64,000 nt of DNA. It comes from the human T2T-CHM13v2.0 reference genome, Homo sapiens. Shown piece by piece: positions 1 to 12,554 of the stretch. A program made the position numbers and the translations under genes. The notes under the pieces were generated by a model. It worked only from the letters and a program-made list of their open reading frames with translations. It searched no databases and was not told the DNA's origin. The stretch's first letter is position 1. Each line of letters begins with the position of its first letter. Location: the NCBI RefSeq assembly GCF_009914755.1, contig NC_060929.1, one strand, 5' to 3'.

Positions 1-234
1 TCCTGCCTCCATTTAGTCTCACTGCTGTTGCCTTCGTTCAAGCCCTTGACCATGCCTCCTCTGGCCTGGTCTGAGTCTTCACAGGGCTACCGGAGTGCAT
101 ATCTTATGACTCAATACCTTAGAGGCTCCAAATATAATTGAAATATGTTCTAAATTGCTTAGTACAGCATATAATAATTCTATGCTATCCAACTCCACTC
201 TCGCCCCCTCCTTCTTTATAAAACACACCCTATT

Positions 235-998
235 ATCAGGATAGTTTTAGATTTATAGAAAAATTGAGAACATAGGCCAGGCACGGTGGCTCACACCTGT
301 AATCCTAGCACTTTGGGAGGCCGAGACAGGCGGATCACCTGAGGTCAGGAGTTCGAGACCAGGCTGACTAACATGGAGAAACCTCATCTCCATTAAAATA
401 CAAAATTAGCTGGGCATGGTGGTGCATGCCTGTAATCCCAGCTACTCGGGAGACTGAGGCAGGAGGATTGCTTGAACTTGGGAGGCGGAGATTTGGTGAG
501 CCGAGATTGTGCCATTGCACTCCAGCCTGGGTAACAAGAATGAAACTCTGTCTTAAAAAAAAGAAAAATTGAGAAGATAGTACAGAGAGTTTTGATTGTC
601 CCATACCTAGTTGATCCCCTATTATAAACATCTTATATTAATACGGCTCATTTGTCACAATTATTCAGTCAAGAATATGATCACTGACTAAAGTCCTTGG
701 TTTATTTAGATTTCCTTCATTTGTAATCTAATGTCCTTTTTCTGTCCCACGACCCCCTCCAGGATTCCACATTGCATTTATTCATCCTGCCTCCTTAAGC
801 TCTCCTTGGCTATGACAGTTCCTCAAGCTTTCCTTATTTTCAATGACCCTGACGGTTTTGATGAGTACTGGTCAAATGTTTTGTAGAATGTCCCACTATT
901 AGGATTCATCTGAGATTTTTCTCGTGATCTCATGATTAAACTGGGATGATAGGATTTGGAGAGGAAGACCACAGAAGTGAAATCACATTTTCATCACA
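235..998 (-). mobile_element. L1MC-type (L1MC4/5-like) LINE-1 3' end, split by an Alu
   Basis: TTTTAGATTTATAGAAAAATTG...GATAGTACAGAGAG...ATGAGTACTGGTCAAATGTTTTGTAGAATGTCCC matches the antisense L1MC 3' UTR. The sequence resumes after the Alu TSD. Confidence 0.75.
275..561 (+). mobile_element. Full-length Alu, AluSp-like
   Basis: GGCCAGGCACGGTGGCTCAC start, dimer, A-tail. Diagnostic AACATGGAGAAACC and AACAAGAATGAAACTC. TSD AGAAAAATTGAGAA(C/G)ATA at 257-274 and 562-579. Confidence 0.95.
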
Positions 999-1068
999 AT
1001 ATGGGCAGAGCTGGGTTTCAACCAAGATGTCTAAGTATCTAAGTCCTTTTACTTTAGCTATTATTTGA

Positions 1069-1411
<343 letters not shown>

Positions 1412-2559
1412 CAAAGTCTATAATTTTAACGCATTTTCTATCTTTTAATGTAGTTTTTAATTTTCTTGTCATACATACAGATTTTATAGTCTAAAAAATG
1501 AATGTAAACACATTTGAATGCTTTTCTGCTGAATTAAAAAAGTTTCTTCGATTGTTTCTTTAACAAAGAGAATCAAGGACTGATTATACTCAGAATACAC
1601 TGTTTCCTACTTTTAAAAAAATCACAGTGATGTTATCAACGTTTCTAAATAACAAATTCTAGTAATAGAATAATGGTTTTGATAAAGGTATTTACCAACA
1701 GTAAATGCTAAACAAATTGAGAGCACTTGATACTAATTAGTGTGTCCTCTCTATCTGACAGGCATAGCTTGACTATGACTTTTAAAAGCTCAGGAAGTTC
1801 ATTCTATAAAGGCCAAAAAGTGGTCCATTAAATATCATGACAAAATCATTCTGAGAAAAATTGATACAGAAGCTTGCTGTCCTTGTCAAGGCTTAATTCC
1901 AAATAGGAGTTACCAATGCCAAAAAGAATAAATATCACTCTCCAGAAGAATAGGAATTAGGTTTAATATGGCATTAATTCCCAAAGTGAAGCCAAAAAGA
2001 ATTTGAATTTGGTACTTTTAAAATATTACTATTGTTAAAGTGAATAAATCTATGTCTGGCTTCATTTTGTTTTTAACACAAGCTGGCAAAACTTCTTGTC
2101 TTCCCTGTTACCATATATAGAACAATTCAGCCTTTATTTTCAGAAGCGAACACTGTCATATTCAAAGGTATCCTAAACAACAGTTTAATTTTTGCCTTTA
2201 AAATTAAGTATTTAAGAAGCAAGTGGTGTCATCGTGTGAGCCTTTCATTTTATATAAGTACTTGTTCATCCTATTTTTTAAATTTTTTGGGGGGGATCCT
2301 CACTTAATCCTTATAACTGTTGGACAACTTTACACTTAATAGAATCTCAACTGTTGTAAATTCTTCTTTTATAGCCAATGAGATAACCACGAATATCTTT
2401 CAATAAAATTATCTCAAGCCTTGACGTAGCTTTGTATAACATTCCTGGCATCAGTACCATATAGGTCTAACTATTTTATCATTTTACTTTTATAATTGAA
2501 ATAATTTTACTTCTCATTAATCTTATCCTAAAATATTTTCGTTTCACCCATTGATTTTT

Positions 2560-2880
2560 CCAGACAAACTTCAGATTAATTTTCTTCCCAGATTCTTGCC
2601 TCATCCCTAATTAATTGCCTTTAAATTTGAATTTTATTAAATCTATGAGTGTATTTGGGGAGAACTTGCATCTTTTCAATATTTAGTATTTACGTTTTTG
2701 TCTTTTTACTCAATTCTGTAAGTTTCTGCATTTCAATCTTAGGAAATTTTGGTTGGAATAACTTCTAAGAATGTTATAGTCTTGAGATCTTTGCACTGTT
2801 AAGTTCTTAGAACTTATATGATTAAACTTTGTAAAAGGTTCCTATGCATTGTTAGAACTGATATTGATTTTTATATTGCA
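2560..2880 (-). mobile_element. Old L1M ORF2 fragment
   Basis: AATCTATGAGTGTATTTGGGGAGAACTTGCATCTTTTCAATATT resembles antisense L1 ORF2; highly diverged. Confidence 0.5.
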
Positions 2881-3053
2881 GTATATTTTCTAATTTGAAA
2901 AAGATGTATAATATGACGGTGTTAGACTGACCAGCAATTATATGACATCAAGTTCAGCACAGAGAGTGAAATGGATAAAACCAAAATGTTTCCTAGTCTC
3001 GTCTAAGAGGAGAGACCTTTACTGATTAAATTTGAGCAGTGTCACCTGTCTTC

Positions 3054-3229
3054 AAAAAATTATTTGGGCATGGTGGCGCATGCCTGTGGTCCTAGTTCAG
3101 GAGTCTGAGGCAAGAGAATCGCTTGAACCTGGAGTAGGAGGTTGCAGTGAGCCGAGATCGTACCACCACACTCCAGCCTGGGTGACAGAGCAAAACTCTG
3201 CCTCAAAAAAGAAAGAAAGAAAGAAAAAA
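3054..3229 (+). mobile_element. Alu right arm (5'-truncated AluS)
   Basis: GGGCATGGTGGCGCATGCCTGT...GGTTGCAGTGAGCCGAGATCG...CAAAACTCTGCCTC plus (GAAA)n tail. Confidence 0.92.
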
Positions 3230-5979
3230 TTAGTGACAGGTCCAAATATTCTGTAGAAAATACAAATCGGATTGGCAGTCCTCAAGAGCTAAACTAATGG
3301 AATTCATTTTACAGCCAGAAGCTTTGACTATAAGACTTAAGGAGAATGGATGACAATTACATTCTCAAAGATTTAATGGCACCCAACTGAAGAAGGCCAA
3401 CTGGGAGTGGGGAGAGAGAAAATGCAAAATCAGTAAGATACAAGTGTGGCTGGCAGTATCTTCTAGCCCACTCCTGGCATTGAATGTTCATGTTGTTTAT
3501 TATAAGTATTAGGCTTTCCCTAGGCCAAATAATAAAGACATAAGCAACACATGGCATATAAGGGCAACCAGTTGGCTGAGAAGGGGATACTGAGTGAGAA
3601 GAGAATATTTAAATTTAGATGCGGCAGCATCATCAATGGTTTCCAGAGCAGTAAAAAAGGCCTAAGCAGGTTTTCTCTCACTGGTGCTGAGAAGTCACTG
3701 AAACACTCAACATACACTCAACAACTACAGGAAATGGCTCCATCGCTATTCCCAGAAAAGATGTTCATATCAAGGAAAAGTTAAAAACCCATTCTAGAGC
3801 ACACTGAGAGAAGGACACAGCAGGTGTGTCCACAGGCAGAGCACTGCAAACAGACCAATGGGTGAGCCAGGAACTGAGGAGAAAGTTAGCAAGGCACCAC
3901 TGGAGATACTAGGATAGAATCTGAGACCAGAGCATCCAAGAAGAGCTTCTGTAGGATCCCTGCTATTACAATGGGGATGCCAGGCCTAATCTGCAGTGTG
4001 CAAAGAAGCTGTGTGGATCTTAGTTAAACAAATGTGATGAATTTGAACACTCCCCTTCCTCTCAAATATTTTTAAGCTTCCGCATCGTCTTGTGACCATG
4101 TTTGGCTGGGATTTAAAGAACTCTTTCTTTCTTAATAAGCAGTAATCGAGAGCCTGAAGCATGGCATCTATGCTGTTTGGAAGAGAGGGTCCACAAAAGG
4201 AGCACCTGTATATGATCATTATTTGGTTTAAACTGACATTTGTCTGGAGAAAAACCTTCAACCCTTTTAACCACAGATTTTTGCATTCCACCCATGTGAG
4301 ATTAGCAAAAAGAATACAATATGATTTATATGATTAAAACTTCAATTAATTATGTAGATAACAATTTATTTATTTAACAATTTAACTGATTGTTCGGCCC
4401 ACCTCCATGCACTGGACAAGGCACTGTGACACCTTCTCCCAACTCTCCCAAAATGAGCAAGGCTTAGCAAAGATCTTCTAATCTAGTTAGGGGCAACAGA
4501 AAAGCACTTAAATATTGTAATAGAAAAATAATGTTTTTGTTATAACAGTAAGAATCAAGGTTTAAAAATGATATTATGAGAGCCCAGAGAAAAGAGACAA
4601 TAATAGCTAATTGGAGAAGAGAGAAGTAAACAAGCACATAAGAGAAGATACTTTGACTCTGGGGCAGCTTTCAAAAGGCAGAAGGAACTGGTGTTTTCTT
4701 TAAGGGTAAATCAGAAAGAGGGCACCAAGACAGAAGACACCAACGCAGGTGTCTCCTTAGGGATAGCAACAGCCATGGTTTTCCTTGAAGCACCATTGTG
4801 AATACTGGATAGGAAAAAAATTTATTTTTCGCTTATGAAATACTTTTGAAAACCATGATAGCTGAAATTTCTCAAGCTTGATGTCATTATATGCATTCAA
4901 ACTGAGCCCCTTAGATTGAGTCCCATTAGCACAGCAAGTTGCCTCTTGCTATTTTGCAGCACTTGTCGTCATTATTACCAATTACCTTCCATGGTACCCT
5001 TGAGGTTCTAAGCACCCGCCCTATGTACACCTGCCCTTCATTGGTTCACTGTGCTAGAGCCATACTTCTGTGACACGTCATGGCCACCCGTTTTCACATC
5101 TGCTCTGCAAAGCTGAGGTGTAATCAGCAGAACTGTGCTGCCTCTGCAGAGATAATTTTCTGAACTACTAATCAGACTTCTCAAGAAAGTCCTTTTAGCT
5201 AGAGGTTATAAGTCAAGTGTGTCTCAGGTATTACCGCCATTCTCTTCATACTGCAGGCAAGTCAATTTGACTCACAAGCTTTATTTCACATTCATAGCCT
5301 GTGAGCTACACTGAATATTGGCAGAAAGTGAGAGAAATTAGAATTGATGATGGTTGTATTTGGCCAGCAAGATCGAGGGGCTAAATGACTTGTCAAAGCT
5401 TGGTCAAGTAGCCAGATTGCTAGGAATTTAATTCAGGATTTTGGATACTCAAGGAGCAGTAAGTAATTAATTTTTTCTCCCTTTTATTCACCAAACTCCC
5501 TAAAAGTGAACAATTAATGGCATAAGAGTTCAACATTTCTTGTATGCCATTTTGAATCAGTTTGGGTTCAATAGCATTTATTATGTACCTAATTTGAGTG
5601 TGCAAAACACTTCATTAGACTCTTGCTCTCAAGGAATTTAGGGAAATCACACATATAAAGGATGAACTCTAATCAAGACAAAAGGAATATCCAAACTTGG
5701 ATGTGCTGATTGCCCAGTGTTAGTGAAGTGAATGGTAAACTTGAGACACAGAAGTCAAGTTGGTTTTATATCAGGGTGCAGTTCTCAAAGAGAGTCAGCT
5801 GATGTGAGAATGCAGAGACTGGCACAATGAAACCTTTATATGCCACTTTTTATATTTAAATATAGGGTGACTTTAGATATTTTATGTCCTATATTCACAT
5901 AAAGAAATGAAATAGAAGACTTCATGTTGGTAAACCTGGATGGACTCTTACCAGATGATTCTGGGGACTAATTTACTAG

Positions 5980-6305
5980 TTTTGTTTTGTTTGTTTGTTT
6001 GTTTTTCTTTTTGAGACTGGATCTCATTCGGTAACCCAGGCTGGAATATGTGGCCCCATCATGGCTCACTGCAGCCTTGACCTCCCCAGGCTGAGGTGAT
6101 CCTTCTACCTTAGCCTCCTGAGCAGCTGGGACTACAGGTGTGCACCACCATGCCCGGCTAATTTTTCTATTTTCTTTTTTTTTTTTGTAGAGATGGGATT
6201 TCACCATGTTGCCCAGGCTGGTCTGGAACTCCTTGACTCAAGTTATCCGCCCACCTCGGCATCCCAAAGTGCTGGGATTACAGGTATGAACCACTGCACC
6301 CAGCC
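5980..6305 (-). mobile_element. Full-length AluJ
   Basis: Antisense dimer with J-type ATCATGGCTCACTGCAGCCTTGACCTCC. TSD GGGACTAATT(T/A)ACT at 5964-5977 and 6306-6319. (TTTG)n tail. Confidence 0.95.
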
Positions 6306-6449
6306 GGGACTAATTAACTCGGAAAACCCACTTAAGAACTTGTAACTCTATGAGTAGACTTACATTATTAATGACTTTTCAGAACCTCCGAGTGTCTTTA
6401 AATTCCCACTGTACCATTCTGTGTTCACCTGTAATTACCAATGAGGGTT

Positions 6450-6660
6450 ATTACTTGGACAATTTACTAGGTGCCAGGCAACATGCTATGTGAGTTATAT
6501 GCACGATTTCACTCAAACTTCTCAGTAACAATGCAAGATAGGTATTATTATTCACATTTTTAGATGAGGAAATGGAGGTCCAGATGGCTTAGGAAAATTT
6601 TCAGTGATTCTATGGCCAGGTGGAGGCAAAAGTAAACACAAACCTGGCTGATTCATATCA
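6450..6660 (-). mobile_element. MIR
   Basis: Core ATTATTATTCACATTTTTAGATGAGGAAATGGAGG, preceded by GGTGCCAGGCA. Confidence 0.8.
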
Positions 6661-7516
6661 CCTTTACATATAAAAAACTCCATACACTCACACGCCTAAC
6701 AATCTTCCCCATACAATCAGCTTCCTACAAGTTTCTCTTGCAGTAATAATAATATCTATTTGCTATTCAGTATGGAAATATGCCCAGAGAAAATTATTTC
6801 TGGATAGAGCAAGAAACATATACTAAATGTACATAATTATTATTAGAATGAAATTAATATACAGCCCAAAACACTTAAAAATGTAAAGTGCTATATAAAT
6901 GCAAAGTATTTTAACACTCCTTACAAAAAATAATACTTGACAGCGGCATACTGTTGAAATCATGGTTGTGGGATTAGAGTGATTTTTCACTTCCTATTTC
7001 CCTCCAATTTATTTGTAATATTGCACAGAAAGGGAGTAGGTCTCTGTTATCTTTGAATTATTTGCCAGAAGTAAAACACCTCCCTTTTTATACAAAGATC
7101 CCACTTTAACATAAAAAACTGGGGATTCACAGTTAAGAACACTTGACAAAGAAAATAATAGGCTCTCAGTCACATTTTTCTGAGTTAACTGGAATAGGCT
7201 GAATGTCAAGAAGAATGAGACTGTGTTGATTGTCTATTTTGTGGATTCAGTTCCATTGCTTTACGGGCAGGTCTTTTATAGCCCACTGTTTTATTAGCAG
7301 GTCATGATTTATCCCACAATTATCACGGCAATTAACTCCCATGAACTATTCATTATTAACTCTCAATTTTACATGGCCTATTCTTAGAAAAGCAACTTTT
7401 TTTGTTTTGTTTTTGTTTTTTTAACAACCATATGATGGTAGTGTTAGACACAGCAGACATATACCTGTTAGGGAGACTCAACCCAAGGAAAAATGTTTAT
7501 GAATACACATCACCTA

Positions 7517-7844
7517 TTTTTTTTTTTTTTGGTGGTGTTGTTTTTGTTTTGTTTTGTTTTGTTTAAGATCTAGGATCTTAATCTGTTGCCCAGGTTGAAG
7601 TAGAGTGGCTTGATCATGGCTCACTGTAATCTCAAACTCCTGGGCTCAAGTGATCCTCCCACCTCAGCTGCCTGAGTAGCTGGAACTACAAGTTCACACC
7701 ACAACACCTGGCTAATTTTTAAATTGTTTTTTGTAGACACAGGGTTTCACTATGTTGCCCAGACTGGTCTCAAACTCCTGGGATGAAGCAATCCTCCTGA
7801 CTCGGCCTCCAAAAGCTCTGCGGTGTCTGACAACACACTCGGCC
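7517..7844 (-). mobile_element. AluJ (AluJo-like)
   Basis: T/TTTTG tail; CTCAAACTCCTGGGCTCAAGTGATCCTCCCACCTCAG; ends CTCGGCC. Confidence 0.93.
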
Positions 7845-9148
7845 CACCTTGCCCATCTTGACCCTACCACAAAACTACTCTTTCCAAATGTGTCCCTTTG
7901 CTATGGTTACAATAATCTATGAGGGATTCCTTTTCATGAGGTGATGGCATCCATGTTTCCTTAGAAAAGTTGGGTGGTAAAGAAGAGAATGTTGTTATGA
8001 ATAGCGGACCAATGGAAATGATCTCCTGTACTGCGTATCTGATTTTTAGGGATTTAAGATCAAGCAAGCAAATAAATATGGCTGATGTCAAACAGTGAGA
8101 AGTTGTTGGAAGTCATCCAGCTTTGGGTGGTAGAGTTTAACCTCAAATTCACTCAGCCAAAAACAACAACGACATGACTTGGTAAAAATTCTTTGTTGTT
8201 AAGCAGTCTACTGGAATTATTTTTCATTATCTACTAATACTAGACTCTCACTCTACACTTCTTCTCTCATATATATGCATGGATGGATATAAGTATGTGT
8301 GTGTGCATATTTTTTCTTCTATTCTATGGGAGACAGCAATTCGTTAAAAAATTTCTCCCACTTTATCAATTTGTATCCATTTTTTCATGGGCCCACTGCT
8401 TTTGCTGTGCTTGGGGGACCTATACATTTGATATCTGTTTTTCCAAAGCAGTTTTTATAATACAGCTGATTGAATGTAAAAATCCTGTAGTTTACCCATG
8501 GCTCCCAAATTGCTCATGTCCCTTGCACTTTCATAAACTACTTTCATTTCCTGCATGAAATCTGTGAAATCTGGCAGTGTGGCTCTTAGAAGATGGGAAT
8601 TGCTGGAGTGGTGGCTTTTCAGCCTTTTAAGCACCGTGTCTTCAAAGCACTTTGTCAAAACACATCATACCAGCCACATCTGTTCATTTATTTGAACCAG
8701 AGAAAACAGCTTTTCTTTTAAGATCTTCTTCAATCATGCATATTGCTGCTTAACTATTTCCCAAAGGTAGATGCCATTGTCCCCTTGGCAGCCTGAACTT
8801 ATCAGTGACCTATAATAATTATGCATTTTATTTCAGTCTTGTGAAATTTGCCCTGGTCTTTGAGTATTCTAGGTCTGGAAAGCAATGTTAGTCATCAATG
8901 CAATTAATTTTAAACTTGGAAAGGCTTCACCCAATCTGGTAAACTTAAATCTGAATATAAAGAAATTCATCAATTATTAGATTTAAGGTTAAGAGACGTC
9001 AGACGGCCACTGTACATTCCATGTTTACTTCACTTAAAATTTCACTGTTGTCAGAACAAATTTAACAATAGCAACATTTAGAAACTACTAGAAAGGGTTC
9101 TATTATATTAAACACCAGAGAGGAAAACATAATTTAACTTAAAAAAAA

Positions 9149-10436
9149 TTAGGTTTGGGGTACATGTGCAGGTTTCTTATATAGGTTCACTTGTGTCATG
9201 GGGGTTTGCTGTTCAGATTATTTTGTTACCCAAGTACTAAGACCTGTACCTATTACTTATTTTTCCTGATCCTCTACCTCCTCCAACCCTTCACCCTCAG
9301 GAATGTCCTACTGTCTGTTTTTTCCCCTCTTCGTGTCCATGTGTTCTCATCATTCAGCTCCCACTTATAAATGAGAACATGTGGTAATTGGTTTTCTATT
9401 CTTGCGTTAGTTTGTTAAGGATGATGGTCTACAGCTCCATCCATGTTCTGGCACAGGATATGATCTTGTTCTTTTTTATGGCTGTGTACAATTCCATGGT
9501 ATATATGTACCACATTTTATTTATCCAATGTACCTTTGATGGGCATTTAGGTAGATAACATGTCTTTGCTATTGTGAATAGTGCTGCAATGAACATACAC
9601 ATGCATGTATCTTTATGATAGAACAATTTATATTCCTTTGGTTATACACCTAGTAATAAGATTGCTGCGTCCAATGGTAGTTCTATTTTTAGCTCTTTGA
9701 TGAATTGCCACACTGCTTTCCACAATGGCTGAACTAGTTTACACTTCCACCAACAGTGTATAAACATTCCCATTTCTATGAAACCTGACCAGCATCTGCT
9801 ATTTTTTGATTTCTTAATCATAGCCACTCTGACTGGTGTGAGATGATATCTCACTGGGGTTTTGATTTGCATTTCTCTAATGATCAGTGATACTGAGCTT
9901 TTTTTTTTCATAAGATAGTTGGCTGTATGTATGTCTTCTTTTGAAAAGTGTCCATGTCCTTTGCCCACTTTTTAATGTTTTTTCTTATAAATTGGTTTAA
10001 GTTCTTATAAATTGGTTAAGTTCCTTATAGATGTTGAATATTGGATCTTTGTAAGATGCATAGTTTGCAAATATTTTCCCCCACTCTGTAGGTTATCTCT
10101 TTACTCTGCTGATAGTTTCTTTTGCTGTGCAGAAGCTCTTAAGTTTAATTAGATCCCATTTGCCAATTTTTGCTTTTGTTGTGATTGCTTTTGGAGTCTT
10201 CATCATGAAATCTTTGCCAGTTCCTATGTCCAGAATGGTATTGCCTATGTTGTCTTCCAGGATTTTTATAGCTTGGGGTTTTACATTTAAGTATTTAATC
10301 CATCTCGAGTTGATTTTTGCGTGTGGTGTAAGGAAGGGGTCCAGATTCAATCTTCTGCATATGGCTAGCCAGTTATTCCAGCACCAATTACTGAACAAGG
10401 AGTCCCTTACCCAATGATTGTTTTTGTCAGCTTTCA
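9149..10436 (-). mobile_element. L1PA (about L1PA13-16) 3' fragment with decayed ORF2 C-terminus
   Basis: 3' UTR GGGGTACATGTGCAGGTTT...CCCACTTATAAATGAGAACATG. Minus-strand ORFs 10093-10437 ([27 protein letters not shown]...[17 protein letters not shown]), 9642-9968 ([19 protein letters not shown]) and 9429-9626 (MFIAALFTIAKT) are frameshifted L1 ORF2 pieces. Confidence 0.95.
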
Positions 10437-10777
10437 TGTTTGAACTTTTAATTCACCAATGCCACTTGGAGCAGCCTTGGTTAATCACTTCTTCATGATT
10501 GAAGGTTTCCAGCAGTAAAACACAGACTGCACTAACTGTATATCTCCTGTGTGATCATTTTAAGTAGCTTATTACGGAACTTTCTTCTCCCACATGCTGC
10601 TCCCATGATGTAAGTTAGGTGCTTAAAGAAGAACACAGATAACTCCCTTCAAACTCCCAGTGTATTCTTTTCTAACGCGATTCAGTAATAGCTCTCTGTT
10701 CTGATGAAATTACTTTGACATGTTTCTGTTACCTAACTCCCCCCACCAAACATGCTTGTTCTATGATTTGAAAATAC

Positions 10778-10780
<3 letters not shown>

Positions 10781-10811
<31 letters not shown>
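10781..10811. repeat. (TG)15 microsatellite
   Basis: Directly read. Confidence 0.97.
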
Positions 10812-10813
<2 letters not shown>

Positions 10814-11329
10814 GTGCATATAATTAGAGGTTATAATAGAGTTTTTCTTTCTGTAGAAAAAGAGTTGCACAGAGACCTAGGCAGGTAAGTTCAGTGTCTA
10901 GAAGGCAGGTAGGAAAAAGCGTTGATGTCAGGTGAGCTGCACATGCTGGCAAAACCTGCAGGATGTAGAAAGGCAGGGAACCATCTTGTGTTGTTTCTTT
11001 CCAAATGTTACTATGGAAAATGAGTGTAGAGGGTAGTCACCCAAGAGTGCCCTGCCAAGCCCTGCTGGAGCTTGGGATGAAAGGGGAAATGGGCTCCTAT
11101 ATACACTCATCGAAGCACATGATGATATTTTGAATTAACTGGAAAAAGTTAAAAAAGAAAAAAGCTCTACAATCAAAAAGCATGATTATATAAAGCCCCA
11201 CATAGTCCAAGCTCTCCAAATGTCATCATCAACACTCATAAACCCATTGGCAGGGGACTCACAGCCAATTGTAAGTGACATAATAACAAAAAGGTGCACA
11301 ATAACGTGGGATCAGAAAACAAACACATG

Positions 11330-11505
11330 GATGCCTGTCTTTATTGAAAAATTTGATATCTTGCTCCTCATGGATTGTTTTCCTGAATTTTGATTTTTAT
11401 AAATATTCCCTAAAAATATGACTTGATGGACTACAATTTTGGTTCCCCCATAAGTCTTGCACCTTCAACAAGTTTCTCACCAATCTCACCCTAATCCTGG
11501 CTCTA
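11330..11505 (-). mobile_element. hAT-Tip100 DNA transposon end (MER115/Zaphod-like)
   Basis: CCTGTCTTTATTGAAAAATTTGATATCTTGCTCCTCATGGATT...CTCACCCTAATCCTGGCTCT resembles the remembered consensus terminus. Confidence 0.55.
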
Positions 11506-11550
11506 TCAGCCAGCATTTTAAAAATAGTAACAATAAAATAAAAGAGAACT

Positions 11551-11734
11551 CAGCCTGGGCAACATGGCGAAATCTGTCTCTACAAAAAATTAGCCAGGTG
11601 TGGTGGCGCAGGCCTATAGTGCCAGCTACTTGGAAGGCTGAGATGGGAGGATCACTTGAGCCCAGAAGGTCAAGGTTGCAGTGAGCCAAGGTCATGCCAC
11701 TGCACTGCAGCTTGGGAAACAGAATGAGACCCTG
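11551..11734 (+). mobile_element. 5'-truncated AluJ
   Basis: Begins CAGCCTGGGCAACATGG; right arm GGAGGATCACTTGAGCCCAGAAGGTCAAGG. Confidence 0.9.
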
Positions 11735-11830
11735 GAGAGAGGGAGAGGGAGGGAGAGACGGAGAGAGAGAGAAAGAGAAAGAGACAGAGAGACAGACAGA
11801 CAGAAAGAGAGAGACAGAGAGAGAGAGAGA
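11735..11830. repeat. (GA)n/(GACA)n purine-rich repeat occupying the Alu tail position
   Basis: Directly read. Confidence 0.9.
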
Positions 11831-12554
11831 ACCTAAAAGGAATTATCTGGGTGCCTCACACACAAAGGAAGGTTGAGTATTATTTATTTGTAATAGTCAT
11901 ATTTGTGTGAACTGGGTTGGGAAAAAAAAATTGATTCCTGTCTGTAGGTGAAAAACAGAAAGAGTTAGAAAGCCAGTGGCCCAGAGAGTCCAAAATCAGA
12001 CATAGGAATTGCCAACACGGACAGCCTGTGCAGGCCCCAGAAGGCCCCATTTGAGAAGTTTTTAATTACGCCATTTCTTTCTTAATTCCTTTGCACAATC
12101 TTTTGCAAAGAACAGCACACAGCCTTGGGTTTGGAGGAAGGTACCTGATTTTCTGCTACTGCCTCTCTGAGTTTTAGGTCCACGCCTTTGTACCAGTTCA
12201 AAAGGTATTCTAGAGTCTAACTTTCTCCCATCATTGAAGTCGGACTCATATGAACTTGATTATGCCGTGGACACTATGGCACTGACCTCAATACCGCAGG
12301 AATTGGTGTTTTGCAGTTTCCCAGGGTCCTTCCTAAGCACACTGCTATTCATGGCATCTTTCTGGCAGCTCCCCAGTCTGGAAGGTTTACATCCCTGATA
12401 AATGATGTCTCTATGGATAGGAATCTGGATAGTGAAGTCTCCTGGTGAAATGCCCTCCACCACCTACACATACAAAATGAATGCAAATATTCTGAACTCT
12501 TCCCCAGAAATATTCAGGATTCAGTGAATAGAGGTCTTCCTGAATGCATTAGTA

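Noticed and set aside
368-631. Alu-derived ORFs (this one and those at 3032-3285, 5968, 11457-11695, 31958, 38489, 40707, 44116, 46002, 49890-50356, 61351)
   Set aside because: Typical translations of Alu sequence (e.g. [24 protein letters not shown]); no evidence of coding function.
3986-4291. Minus-strand ORF/exon starting at TACAG|GTG (4205)
   Set aside because: Poor pyrimidine tract, no good donor, and no recognisable peptide.
9982-10020. 20-bp tandem duplication inside the L1PA
   Set aside because: Real, but an ordinary slippage event in a dead element.
9429-10437. Three ORFs with clear protein similarity
   Set aside because: Frameshifted L1 ORF2 C-terminal remnants, not a host gene.
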